From the NCBI GenBank assembly GCA_964439405.1, contig CAYTOC010000003.1, forward strand, positions 20,480 through 84,479: a stretch of 64,000 bases of DNA. The letters are read 5' to 3'. Every line of letters starts with the position of its first letter. Within the stretch, counting starts at the first letter, position 1. Both the position numbers and the translations under genes were made by a program. Below the pieces are notes generated by a model that ran no database searches, was not told the DNA's origin, and saw only the letters and a list, made by a program, of their open reading frames with translations. The DNA is from an uncultured Candidatus Saccharibacteria bacterium (GTDB lineage: Bacteria > Patescibacteriota > Saccharimonadia > Saccharimonadales > UBA4665). Shown piece after piece: positions 1 through 8,034 of this stretch.

Positions 1-1
1 A

Positions 2-367
2 GAAGCCGAAGCTCACGCCGAAGAAGATGCCAAGAAAAAAGACGCAATTGAGGCCAAGAATGTGCTCGACAGCGCGATTTACCAGGCTGAAAAGCTTGTG
101 AGCGATAACGCCGACAAAGTATCTGATGATGACAAGAAGACTATTGAAGAAGCTGTAGCTACAGCTAAAAAGGTAGTCGAAGACGAAAAGTCAGACAAAG
201 ATGCGCTTGAAGCTGCTGCTAAAGAGCTAAACGACAAAATCTTGCCTATCGGCGCAAAACTCTATGAAGAAGCTGCAAAAGAAGACGGCAAAAAGTCCGA
301 AGACGAAGCTAAGGATGGCGATGAACCTATAGAGGGCGAAGTCGTCGACGACAAGAAAGATAAGTAG
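2..367 (+). CDS. dnaK: Hsp70 chaperone DnaK, C-terminal fragment (5' part outside window)
   Basis: Frame is open from the window edge. EAEAHAEEDAKKKDAIEAKNVLDSAIYQAEK...DKILPIGAKLYEEA followed by an acidic tail is typical of the DnaK lid and C-terminus. Confidence 0.8.
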   Translation, partial: EAEAHAEEDAKKKDAIEAKNVLDSAIYQAEKLVSDNADKVSDDDKKTIEEAVATAKKVVEDEKSDKDALEAAAKELNDKILPIGAKLYEEAAKEDGKKSEDEAKDGDEPIEGEVVDDKKDK

Positions 368-708
368 TGACGGCTGAAAAGCCCGCATTATGTGATGGTT
401 GCCCTGGTAAGGGGGATGCCCGAGTTGACCTTGATATCCATGGTCACTGTGTTCGGTTTACATTGGATTCGTTTCGCCAGGCAAGACGATACAGAGCCTT
501 TTGCCCAGATGATTATGCGTCAAATGAGGAACTCGTAGAGCTGAGCAGCAGTGGTCTTATGTACTATGAGCCAGACATCGATGACTATGAAAGTGATAGC
601 GGTGACCCCGCAGCAGCATGGCTTGGCGTTTTGTGCGCTGAACGTTTTTTGGCGGGTGAATGCGATAAAACATTGCAAGAGTTTACACTTGAAAGCGAAA
701 TAGACTGA
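367..708 (+). CDS. hypothetical protein (GTG start overlapping the dnaK stop)
   Basis: 113-codon ORF with no recognisable motifs. Coding status uncertain. Confidence 0.35.
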   Translation: MTAEKPALCDGCPGKGDARVDLDIHGHCVRFTLDSFRQARRYRAFCPDDYASNEELVELSSSGLMYYEPDIDDYESDSGDPAAAWLGVLCAERFLAGECDKTLQEFTLESEID

Positions 709-784
709 GGTATTAGTAAAAAAACTTACAGCTACCTTGTAACTACTTCACTACAGTTGCTTCCAGATAACTGAAGGAGGCACT

Positions 785-1036
785 ATGTGGATACTAACGT
801 GGGTTATACTCGGCGGTCTTGCTGGGTGGGTAGCATCAATGGTTATGAAGACGAATGAGCGCCAGGGCATCTTCGGCAATATAGTTGTCGGAGTGCTCGG
901 CGCTTTGCTCGGTGGGTTTGTCATGAGCGCCTTTGGTGGCTCAGGATTCACTGGGTTCAATATTTATAGCTTCCTTGTGGCACTTGGTGGTGCGGTTGCA
1001 CTGCTTTGGCTGGTGCAGCTCTTCAGACGCAGCTAA
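785..1036 (+). CDS. GlsB/YeaQ/YmgE-family small membrane protein
   Basis: GGLAGWVASMVM...GIFGNIVVGVLGALLGGF is the glycine-zipper pattern typical of the family. GGAGG lies 5 nt upstream of the ATG. Confidence 0.85.
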   Translation: MWILTWVILGGLAGWVASMVMKTNERQGIFGNIVVGVLGALLGGFVMSAFGGSGFTGFNIYSFLVALGGAVALLWLVQLFRRS

Positions 1037-1181
1037 CACAATCTACGTATTTGGCACATTTCGCCCAAAAGTTTTGCGCTCCGCACTCACCGTACAGATA
1101 CGTACGGCTCCTTTGCAGTGCTCAGACTTTAGAACAAACTGCACTCAAATACGTAGATCGGGTCTCATTTTGCCAATCACC

Positions 1182-1217
1182 AACTAGCACTCTGGACATT
1201 TGAGTGCTAGTTTTTTA
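1182..1217 (+). terminator. intrinsic terminator
   Basis: 11-bp stem AACTAGCACTC/GAGTGCTAGTT, 9-nt loop, then TTTTTT. Confidence 0.7.
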
Positions 1218-1232
1218 TACTGTGGTGTAGCG

Positions 1233-1538
1233 ATGTATGAGCAAAGATTCTTAGGCAAGCACTTTCTTTTGAGTGAAGATCGTAAAAAACAAGTAGAACG
1301 CTTTGCGCTTGCCGCAGGGATAATACAACCGTTCATCACATTGCCGCAAATTATTGCAATCTATGCTAACCAAAGTGCCGTTGACGTGTCGCTTTTGACA
1401 TGGCTCGGTTACCTAATTTTCGGCATTATCTTTTTAGTATACGGCGCAATATTTCGGCTTCGCCCAATATTTTATGGGCAGATTCTGTGGGTGATAATGC
1501 AAACGATTACAGTGATAGGAATACTGGTATATGGCTAA
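1233..1538 (+). CDS. PQ-loop / SemiSWEET-like 3-TM membrane protein
   Basis: ITLPQIIAIYANQSAVDVSLLTW carries the PQ motif, with three hydrophobic segments. Start moved to ATG 1233 because the listed 1200 start lies inside the upstream terminator. Confidence 0.55.
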   Translation: MYEQRFLGKHFLLSEDRKKQVERFALAAGIIQPFITLPQIIAIYANQSAVDVSLLTWLGYLIFGIIFLVYGAIFRLRPIFYGQILWVIMQTITVIGILVYG

Positions 1539-2394
1539 ACGTGATTATTATGAAGTGTTGGGCGTGAGCAAAGCCGCTAGCGCCGATGAGATTAAGAAAG
1601 CCTTTCGCAAAAAGGCTATTGAACACCACCCAGATAAAGAGGGTGGTGATGAAACGAAATTTAAAGAGATCAATGAAGCATATGAAGTGCTAAAAGATCA
1701 GCAAAAACGTCAACGCTATGACCAGTTCGGCCATGCCGGTCTGGGCGGCAACACCGGAGCACCTGGCGGCAATCCGTTTGAAGGCTTTAACTTTGGCGGG
1801 CAGAACGTTAACTTTGATTTCGGCAACGTAGACCTTGGCGATTTATTTGGTGACCTATTTGGCGGTGGGTTTAGCCGTCGTCAGCGCCGCGGCCGGGATA
1901 TCCAGGTTGCGATTACAGTAACCTTTGAAGAAGCGGTCTTTGGCGTAGAGCGCGAGATTAGTCTTGGGCACGGTAAGCCGTCATTTAAACTTAAGATTCC
2001 GGCGGGCATTGACGACGGTGCAAGTATCCGGCTTGATGGCCGCGGCGAAGAAATACCAGATGGCATAAATGGCAATCTGTATGTCTATGTGCAAGTACGC
2101 CCTCACAAGCGTTTTACGCGTGAAGGCGACCTCATTTTAAGTGAAGAGCATGTCAGTATGATTGATGCCGCTCTCGGCACTGAAATTGATGTTGAAACCA
2201 TTGACGGCACAATGACTATGAAAGTTCCTGCCGGTACGCAAGGCGGCACTGATTTTAAGCTCTCTGGCCACGGCGTGCCGCATGTGCGTACAGGGAATCG
2301 CGGTGCTCATATCGTGACAATTATTGTTGATACACCGACAAAGCTCTCGCGCAAACAGAAAAAGCTGCTCGAAGAATTAAAAAATACTAAGTAG
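1531..2394 (+). CDS. dnaJ: J-domain co-chaperone, class B (CbpA-like); no zinc-finger domain
   Basis: DYYEVLGV...HHPDK J-domain, G/F-rich linker and C-terminal substrate-binding domains. The translation contains no cysteine. Confidence 0.85.
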   Translation: MAKRDYYEVLGVSKAASADEIKKAFRKKAIEHHPDKEGGDETKFKEINEAYEVLKDQQKRQRYDQFGHAGLGGNTGAPGGNPFEGFNFGGQNVNFDFGNVDLGDLFGDLFGGGFSRRQRRGRDIQVAITVTFEEAVFGVEREISLGHGKPSFKLKIPAGIDDGASIRLDGRGEEIPDGINGNLYVYVQVRPHKRFTREGDLILSEEHVSMIDAALGTEIDVETIDGTMTMKVPAGTQGGTDFKLSGHGVPHVRTGNRGAHIVTIIVDTPTKLSRKQKKLLEELKNTK

Positions 2395-2434
2395 TATCTG
2401 TACAAATTACGGGCGATATCAGATACTAAGGGTA

Positions 2435-2548
2435 ATGAAAAAGCTTATGCCTGACCAGCGCGGGCTCATACCACTCTTAATTATGCTTTTTGCAATCGTT
2501 ATCACGCTGATTGTCTTGGCTTACATGCGCGTTTCTAGCGCAAACTAG
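2435..2548 (+). CDS. possible 37-aa single-pass membrane mini-protein
   Basis: ATG-initiated MKKLMPDQRGLIPLLIMLFAIVITLIVLAYMRVSSAN, below the ORF-track cutoff, in an otherwise empty intergenic gap. Confidence 0.3.
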   Translation: MKKLMPDQRGLIPLLIMLFAIVITLIVLAYMRVSSAN

Positions 2549-2585
2549 GATTGCTTTTTTAGCAAAATTATGCTAATGTTTGTGC

Positions 2586-3494
2586 ATGTATTCTTCTCAA
2601 GAATTCCAAGATAATTTGCGAGACATTTCACCGTACTTACCCGAACTGCCACAACAGGACGCATTTGAGGTGCTTGAACGTGCTGAAGAATGGGAGCGAC
2701 GCATACTGGGCCTGCGAAGTGGTGACCAACCCAGACTAGCCCATTACCGCAATGGATCAGCGGTTAGTGAAGATGCCATTACCATATTGCAACATGAGCC
2801 AGTAGCGCCGCTTGTCACAGCCGAGCACGCAACTGATGTGGTACGTAAAGCCACTGGGCAACTTGGTAATGCCGATCACGGCACTGGCGCGCTAGCTGCG
2901 CTGCTGTGGGAAGACTCTCATACAACAAGCATTATCCCAGTAGGCAAGCAAACTGGTAATGCCGCAGTGGATTTGTCTCATCCAGTGAAAGATGCCGTGA
3001 ATACTCTCTTGCCTGCGAGGCCGGCATATCTTTCAGTTCATGGCATGAGAGCAGGCAAGATTACGGGGGTGCATGACACAAGCGAAGTACATGCAATTGT
3101 TGGGCTTGGTAAAACTCCCAATGAACAGAGTGTCGTAAGTGCAGAAAAGCTGCAAAGAGTTGCAAAAGATATCGGGCTTCGAGTAATTATCGGGAACCAA
3201 GAAAGTCACTATGATGTTAATCCCGACACACGTTCACTTGAGTACGACGAAGAGGGTAATCCAAAGCGTGCAAAGCTAGCCGCATTGGGACAGGGTAGTA
3301 TGACAAACCATGCATATACGCTTATGGGTAGGCACGGTATCCAAATTCCAGCAATGCAGCTTGAGATAACGCGAGGGTTACGGCTTATACCTAATGACTT
3401 TGAGTCAGGCTGGCACAAGGATCGCCGCGCTCGGGCAATGAGTGTATATGCGGGATATTTACTTGTTCGGAAAATGGTTGAAACTGTGCAATAA
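2586..3494 (+). CDS. hypothetical protein (weak hint of an N-formylglutamate-amidohydrolase / poly-gamma-glutamate-hydrolase-like fold)
   Basis: Long ORF. The only family hint is YLSVHGMRAG...VHAIVGLGK. Start set to ATG 2586, 6 nt after TGcTAATGT. Confidence 0.5.
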   Translation: MYSSQEFQDNLRDISPYLPELPQQDAFEVLERAEEWERRILGLRSGDQPRLAHYRNGSAVSEDAITILQHEPVAPLVTAEHATDVVRKATGQLGNADHGTGALAALLWEDSHTTSIIPVGKQTGNAAVDLSHPVKDAVNTLLPARPAYLSVHGMRAGKITGVHDTSEVHAIVGLGKTPNEQSVVSAEKLQRVAKDIGLRVIIGNQESHYDVNPDTRSLEYDEEGNPKRAKLAALGQGSMTNHAYTLMGRHGIQIPAMQLEITRGLRLIPNDFESGWHKDRRARAMSVYAGYLLVRKMVETVQ

Positions 3495-3525
3495 CGACCA
3501 TACGGTTACGTGGTAGAATCGCTAT

Positions 3526-4425
3526 ATGAAAAAGAAGCCAATATTGATCTTGTTTGCTCAAAAAAGTGTCGAGGCCGGGCTGTGCAATCCGTCCGATTTA
3601 GTAGCATTATTAAATAACAACACAACTGCGCAGGCGGAGTTTAGCTGGGCACTTTTTGAAGATTTGTTGTTTCGTGTTACGAACGAAGAGATCACGATCT
3701 ATGATGGTCGTAATAATCAGTTAATAGATGAGTACTATAGCCTTAATTTCCGTTCCTGGGGTGATGCAGAGAGTCATGCGATGGCACTCGCGCGCTATTG
3801 TGATGAGCGAAATATTCGTTTTGTTGATCGCGAGGCGCTACGGCCTGGTTCGCTAAATAAACTAACGCAATATGTCAACCTACACTATGCGCAAGTGCCA
3901 ATACCACCTACAATTATGGGGCACGGCTTATCGCTCTTGCGCGCATATCGTGAACAGGGATTTGGCTATCCAATGATTGCAAAATCAGCAGTTGGTACGC
4001 GTGGCCAGAGCAACTACCTAATTAAGAATGAACAAGAGCTCCATGAAGTGCTCGCAAAGCATGACGTCGCTTTTGTCTTACAGAGGTTTATCCCCAATAA
4101 AGGCGACTATAGGGTACTTGTAACGGGGGATAGGGTTTCATTTATCCTGCACAGGCAGTCTGCAGAAGGTAGCCATCTCAACAATACATCGCAGGGCGGC
4201 ACGCCGACACCAGTACCAATCGAGAGTGTTAACCCAGAAGTTATTCAGCTAGCTGTACGTGCCTCTAAGTATTTTGTTCGAGATTTTGGCGGTGTTGATA
4301 TCGTTGAGGCAAGTGATACGGGTAAATTTTATTGTTTTGAGGTTAATCGTAGCCCGCAAATTGAACACACAGCATTTGCTAATGAAAAGGCACAAGTACT
4401 AGCTGATTTTCTTGCCGAGGACTAG
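3526..4425 (+). CDS. ATP-grasp ligase, RimK-like family
   Basis: GDYRVLVTGDRV, HLNNTSQGG and GGVDIV...CFEVNRSPQ are ATP-grasp/RimK motifs. Confidence 0.8.
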   Translation: MKKKPILILFAQKSVEAGLCNPSDLVALLNNNTTAQAEFSWALFEDLLFRVTNEEITIYDGRNNQLIDEYYSLNFRSWGDAESHAMALARYCDERNIRFVDREALRPGSLNKLTQYVNLHYAQVPIPPTIMGHGLSLLRAYREQGFGYPMIAKSAVGTRGQSNYLIKNEQELHEVLAKHDVAFVLQRFIPNKGDYRVLVTGDRVSFILHRQSAEGSHLNNTSQGGTPTPVPIESVNPEVIQLAVRASKYFVRDFGGVDIVEASDTGKFYCFEVNRSPQIEHTAFANEKAQVLADFLAED

Positions 4426-5357
4426 GCATCTAATCTTGGCAATTGCGTCATAATAAAAAGCACATTCCGATGCTCTGATTCTTGTAGGGATTTTTTTGGG
4501 CTATCGGCAAAATAGTTATGCCGGTCTATCAGGAATGTGCCTTCATCGCTTATTGATGCATTACATTCAGCTACTATGCGTGCGTGAAGGGCGGGCGCTG
4601 CATAGTCACAGAGTTGTGCTGCTACTAAAAACTCAAGCTTGGTATCAAGACTTGCCTTATCGAAGGTGGAGGCTAGAAGTTTTTCAAGTTCTTCAAGCAT
4701 AGCTATGTATATAGGTAGTCGTTCTGTAGAAATAGTGCGTGCATAAAAATTACTATCCGCAATAATGCAGTGTGTATAGAGATACAGTAAAAGACGAAGC
4801 TGCTCAGGGTCGTCCGTATTATACGCAGTTGACTGTTTTAGGATAGCCTCAAGCGGAATAGGAATCTCCGAATCAAACAGGATACCCTCCACGAGGTATA
4901 AGTAGTTGACTGCATATGTTGAGAGGACGCGTAAGGCCTCCGTGTCGTGTGCCAGTTGGCGAGACATATCATGGAGACGGGCGGGTGTTATTTGCCTGGT
5001 GAGGGCAGATTGTGCATCAACATGGTAAATATATGTAAGGTGTCGTAGCCGAAAAAGTGCTAGAGATGTGCCGTATAGATTTGGGTACTTTTCAAAATAT
5101 GCCATCCGCTGCTCAGCGGCACTCATGTGTAAGGAGGGCGTACTTTGTAGAAGATTCACAATGGATGTTTCGTATAGCTCCGGTTTACCTACATATTGTT
5201 CCTGATTCTGGCGTAGTAACTTTTGGCAATCCTTGTCGCCTGACCAGCTTGCAAGGCGCCCAGCAAAATGGAACTGCTTATCAAGCGGTAACTCTTCAAA
5301 ATGATCAAGATAGTACTGGCGTATCAAACTAGCAAGAGCCATAGTAACGAGTAGCAT
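4422..5357 (-). CDS. hypothetical protein
   Basis: 311-codon ORF, convergent with and overlapping the ATP-grasp gene stop by 4 nt. No motifs recognised. Confidence 0.6.
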   Translation of the reverse strand: MLLVTMALASLIRQYYLDHFEELPLDKQFHFAGRLASWSGDKDCQKLLRQNQEQYVGKPELYETSIVNLLQSTPSLHMSAAEQRMAYFEKYPNLYGTSLALFRLRHLTYIYHVDAQSALTRQITPARLHDMSRQLAHDTEALRVLSTYAVNYLYLVEGILFDSEIPIPLEAILKQSTAYNTDDPEQLRLLLYLYTHCIIADSNFYARTISTERLPIYIAMLEELEKLLASTFDKASLDTKLEFLVAAQLCDYAAPALHARIVAECNASISDEGTFLIDRHNYFADSPKKSLQESEHRNVLFIMTQLPRLDA

Positions 5358-5413
5358 AGCACAAGTGGTATAAGTATTGCAAAAGTAATGTAACTGTGCT
5401 ATAATATGGATAT

Positions 5414-5896
5414 ATGATTAAAAACATAACGAATCTGGTAACAATCGGTCGAGCCGAAGAGGTTTCATTCCCTGAGCTTGGAATCAATAGCCTACACAGT
5501 CGTATAGATACGGGTGCTCAGACATCGGCAATTTGGGTTTCACACTCTGAGGTTGTAAACGGACGGCTAGAGGTTGTATTTCTTGGCAACGGCCATGATG
5601 CGTATACTGGTCAGAAATTCTTTTTCGATGAATATAGCCGAACGGTGGTTGCAAGTTCGAATGGACAAACAGAAGCACGTTTCAAGGTTAAACTCCTCAT
5701 GCGGGTTGCTGGTAGAAAAATACGTGCAACCTTTACACTAGCTGATCGCAGCACACAAGTGTATCCTGTGCTAGTAGGACGGAACGTACTAAGGGGTAAG
5801 TTTGTCGTCGATGTAAAAAGCGGTAAACCATTGCGTGGTGCCGAGAAAGAACGTTCTGTGAAACTGCAGACTTCACTAAAAGAGAGTGAGAATTAA
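5414..5896 (+). CDS. retropepsin-like 'ATP-dependent zinc protease' family protein (RimB-like)
   Basis: RIDTGAQTSAI...VLVGRNVLRGKFVVDV, positioned immediately upstream of rimK as in rimABK-type loci. Confidence 0.75.
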   Translation: MIKNITNLVTIGRAEEVSFPELGINSLHSRIDTGAQTSAIWVSHSEVVNGRLEVVFLGNGHDAYTGQKFFFDEYSRTVVASSNGQTEARFKVKLLMRVAGRKIRATFTLADRSTQVYPVLVGRNVLRGKFVVDVKSGKPLRGAEKERSVKLQTSLKESEN

Positions 5897-5899
5897 GCT

Positions 5900-6805
5900 A
5901 TGAAAATTGCGATTTTATCTAAGGGCGCTGCGAATTATACGACAAAACGACTGAAAGAAGTCGCAATTGAGCGAGGCCATGAAGTACGAATCATCAATTA
6001 TGCTAAATGCTATGTCTCGATTGAAAAGGGTAAAGCAATCATTAAGTACAAGGGTGAGAGCCTGGATGGGTTTGATGTAGTAATCCCACGGATTGCACAG
6101 AGCTTCACGAAGTATGGTACAGCCGTACTGCGTCAATTTGAGGCACAGGGCGCCTATACGACGGCAAGCTCGCTGGCTATCGTGCGTTCACGCGATAAAC
6201 TGCGTGCCTATCAAATCCTGGCGCGTGCTGGCGTAGGTATCCCAAAAACGGTGTTTGCCCGTGAAACCGCAAACTTTGAAGACGTGATTGAAATGGCTGG
6301 CGGTACGCCGCTGATTATTAAGGTGGCACGCGGCACACACGGTAATGGTGTGGTGCTAGCGGAAACGCCAAAAGCGGCCAAGGCGGTAATGCAGGCCTTC
6401 TACGTTGAGGGCGTGAACTTTATCGTGCAAGAATTCGTTAAAGAATCTGCCGGTGAAGACATTCGTGCGCTCGTGGTTGGTAGCCGCGTGGTTGCAAGTA
6501 TTAAACGCCAGAGCCTTGACGATGACTTCCGTAGTAACACGCACCAAGGTGGTGTTGGCATTGCCGTGAAGCTGACCGAAGAAGAAGAAAAGACAGCTAT
6601 CAAAGCTGCTAAGGCTATGGGTTTGCCGATTTGCGGTGTAGATATGATGCGCAGCAATGACGGTCCACTCGTACTCGAGGTTAACAGCTCGGCCAGTATT
6701 AAAACCCCCGAACAGGTGACAAAGCGTGATGTGGCGACTAAAATCATAGAGTATGTCGAACGAAATGCCAAGCAGCGCCACAAGAAAGACAAAATCGGCG
6801 CATAA
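5900..6805 (+). CDS. rimK: RimK-family alpha-L-glutamate ligase
   Basis: MKIAILS..., ARGTHGNGVVL, EDIRALVVG, FRSNTHQGG and CGVDMM...VLEVNSS are full-length RimK-like motifs. Confidence 0.9.
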   Translation: MKIAILSKGAANYTTKRLKEVAIERGHEVRIINYAKCYVSIEKGKAIIKYKGESLDGFDVVIPRIAQSFTKYGTAVLRQFEAQGAYTTASSLAIVRSRDKLRAYQILARAGVGIPKTVFARETANFEDVIEMAGGTPLIIKVARGTHGNGVVLAETPKAAKAVMQAFYVEGVNFIVQEFVKESAGEDIRALVVGSRVVASIKRQSLDDDFRSNTHQGGVGIAVKLTEEEEKTAIKAAKAMGLPICGVDMMRSNDGPLVLEVNSSASIKTPEQVTKRDVATKIIEYVERNAKQRHKKDKIGA

Positions 6806-7232
6806 ATACGGCCTCATCTTTATTGCACTCGTAGTGTCCATCGCCTTGGGCTTTGCGGTATTGAGTACGGTCAAGCGTGATCAAGCGATCTTAGAGCTTA
6901 ACGGTCAGCAGTCCCGTCTGGTTGATGTTTTCGAGACGCCTCAAGAGCGCCAGAAAGGTTTGAGTGGGCGCGATTCACTGCCTGCCGATGCTGCGGTGCT
7001 ATTTGTGTTTGAAGAGCCTGGGCTTCACTGTTTTTGGATGAAGGATATGAGCTTCAACATTGATATAGTGTGGCTTGATAGCGATAAGAATGTGGTGTTT
7101 GCCAAAGAAAACTTGAGCCCGGCAACGTATCCGGAGCGCTTCTGTACTGATAAACTCGCGCAGTACGTGATTGAAATGAATGCCGGCACGAGTCAGGCGC
7201 AACTTGGTGATACGGCCAGCTTTGAGCTATAA
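6753..7232 (+). CDS. DUF192 domain protein with N-terminal membrane anchor
   Basis: ETPQERQKGLSGRDSLP...FWMKDMSFNIDIVWLD matches the DUF192 pattern. The true start may be slightly downstream; the listed ORF overlaps the rimK 3' end. Confidence 0.75.
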   Translation: MSNEMPSSATRKTKSAHKYGLIFIALVVSIALGFAVLSTVKRDQAILELNGQQSRLVDVFETPQERQKGLSGRDSLPADAAVLFVFEEPGLHCFWMKDMSFNIDIVWLDSDKNVVFAKENLSPATYPERFCTDKLAQYVIEMNAGTSQAQLGDTASFEL

Positions 7233-7253
7233 CGCTCATGCTATGATGTAGCT

Positions 7254-7748
7254 ATGGATCCCGTCATTATTTTGGCAATTATTGGGCTACTCCCCGTAGT
7301 GTTGCTAACAGTTTTCAAAGTCAATGCGGCTATAGCGTTTTTGGCGCTGTGTCTGGGCAGTGTACTCGGTACCTTTGTTGCGGCCTCAGTTGTTGATATG
7401 CTCCGTGGCTTTATTGCGCCCGCAAATGATGTGACGGAGGCAGCAGTACGCCTGGTGCTCCTATGGTTACCCGTGGTGCTGGTGCTTTTCTTTATGGCGG
7501 GTACGATTGGCCGTAAGCAGCGCTGGATTAATCTGCTGCCGGCATTTAGCGTCGGGCTGCTCGGTATTTTACTGACTGTGCCATTCCTTACGATATCAAC
7601 GCAGCTTGCTATCCAGGAGTCTGGTCTTTGGCAGTTCATATATGACTATCAGGCTTTGATTGTAACGTTCGGCACAGTGGCCAGCTTATTGTTGCTCCGC
7701 ATGCGCAAACCGCTACACGAGCACCACCGCGCCAAGCATCACCATTGA
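7254..7748 (+). CDS. polytopic membrane protein, unknown function
   Basis: 4-5 hydrophobic segments. TGcTATGAT lies 6 nt upstream of the ATG. Confidence 0.6.
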   Translation: MDPVIILAIIGLLPVVLLTVFKVNAAIAFLALCLGSVLGTFVAASVVDMLRGFIAPANDVTEAAVRLVLLWLPVVLVLFFMAGTIGRKQRWINLLPAFSVGLLGILLTVPFLTISTQLAIQESGLWQFIYDYQALIVTFGTVASLLLLRMRKPLHEHHRAKHHH

Positions 7749-7828
7749 CATTTCGGGAAAAATCAGCATACTGTAAGGAGTTAATTTCCCGAAGAGGTAG
7801 ATGCGCGCCAAGGGAAAAGAGCAATCAA

Positions 7829-7905
7829 GGGCCAGTAGCTCAGCTGGTTAGAGCACCTGCCTTTTAAGCAGGGTGTCATGGGTTCAAGTCCCATCTGGCC
7901 CTCCA
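7829..7905 (+). tRNA. tRNA-Lys(UUU), CCA encoded
   Basis: Cloverleaf folded by hand: acceptor GGGCCAG/CTGGCCC, anticodon arm CCTGC-CTTTTAA-GCAGG, T-loop TTCAAGT. Confidence 0.95.
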
Positions 7906-7909
7906 AGTA

Positions 7910-7938
7910 AAAAGACTTGCCGTAAGGCAGGTCTTTTT
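7910..7938 (+). terminator. intrinsic terminator after tRNA-Lys
   Basis: AAAAGACTTGCC-GTAA-GGCAGGTCTTTT hairpin with a T-run. Confidence 0.75.
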
Positions 7939-8034
7939 ACTTGGTTGTTCTTGGTGGGATTTTAACCCATGACGTATTTGCCGCAGGCAAGGACACAAAG
8001 TCTTGTGTTTCGGATATGGTCTTTTGGCTCCGGG

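Noticed and set aside
6356-6874. Long antisense ORFs inside well-supported genes, for example 6356-6874 and 6400-6792 opposite rimK, 7241-7639, 13610-13948, 28354-29053 opposite rny, 43481-44338 opposite the clp-like gene, 50405-51046 opposite glyA, and 62539-63388 opposite moxR.
   Set aside because: Each lies opposite a gene with unambiguous family motifs and has low-complexity, Ser/Arg/Cys-rich shadow-frame composition typical of antisense frames.
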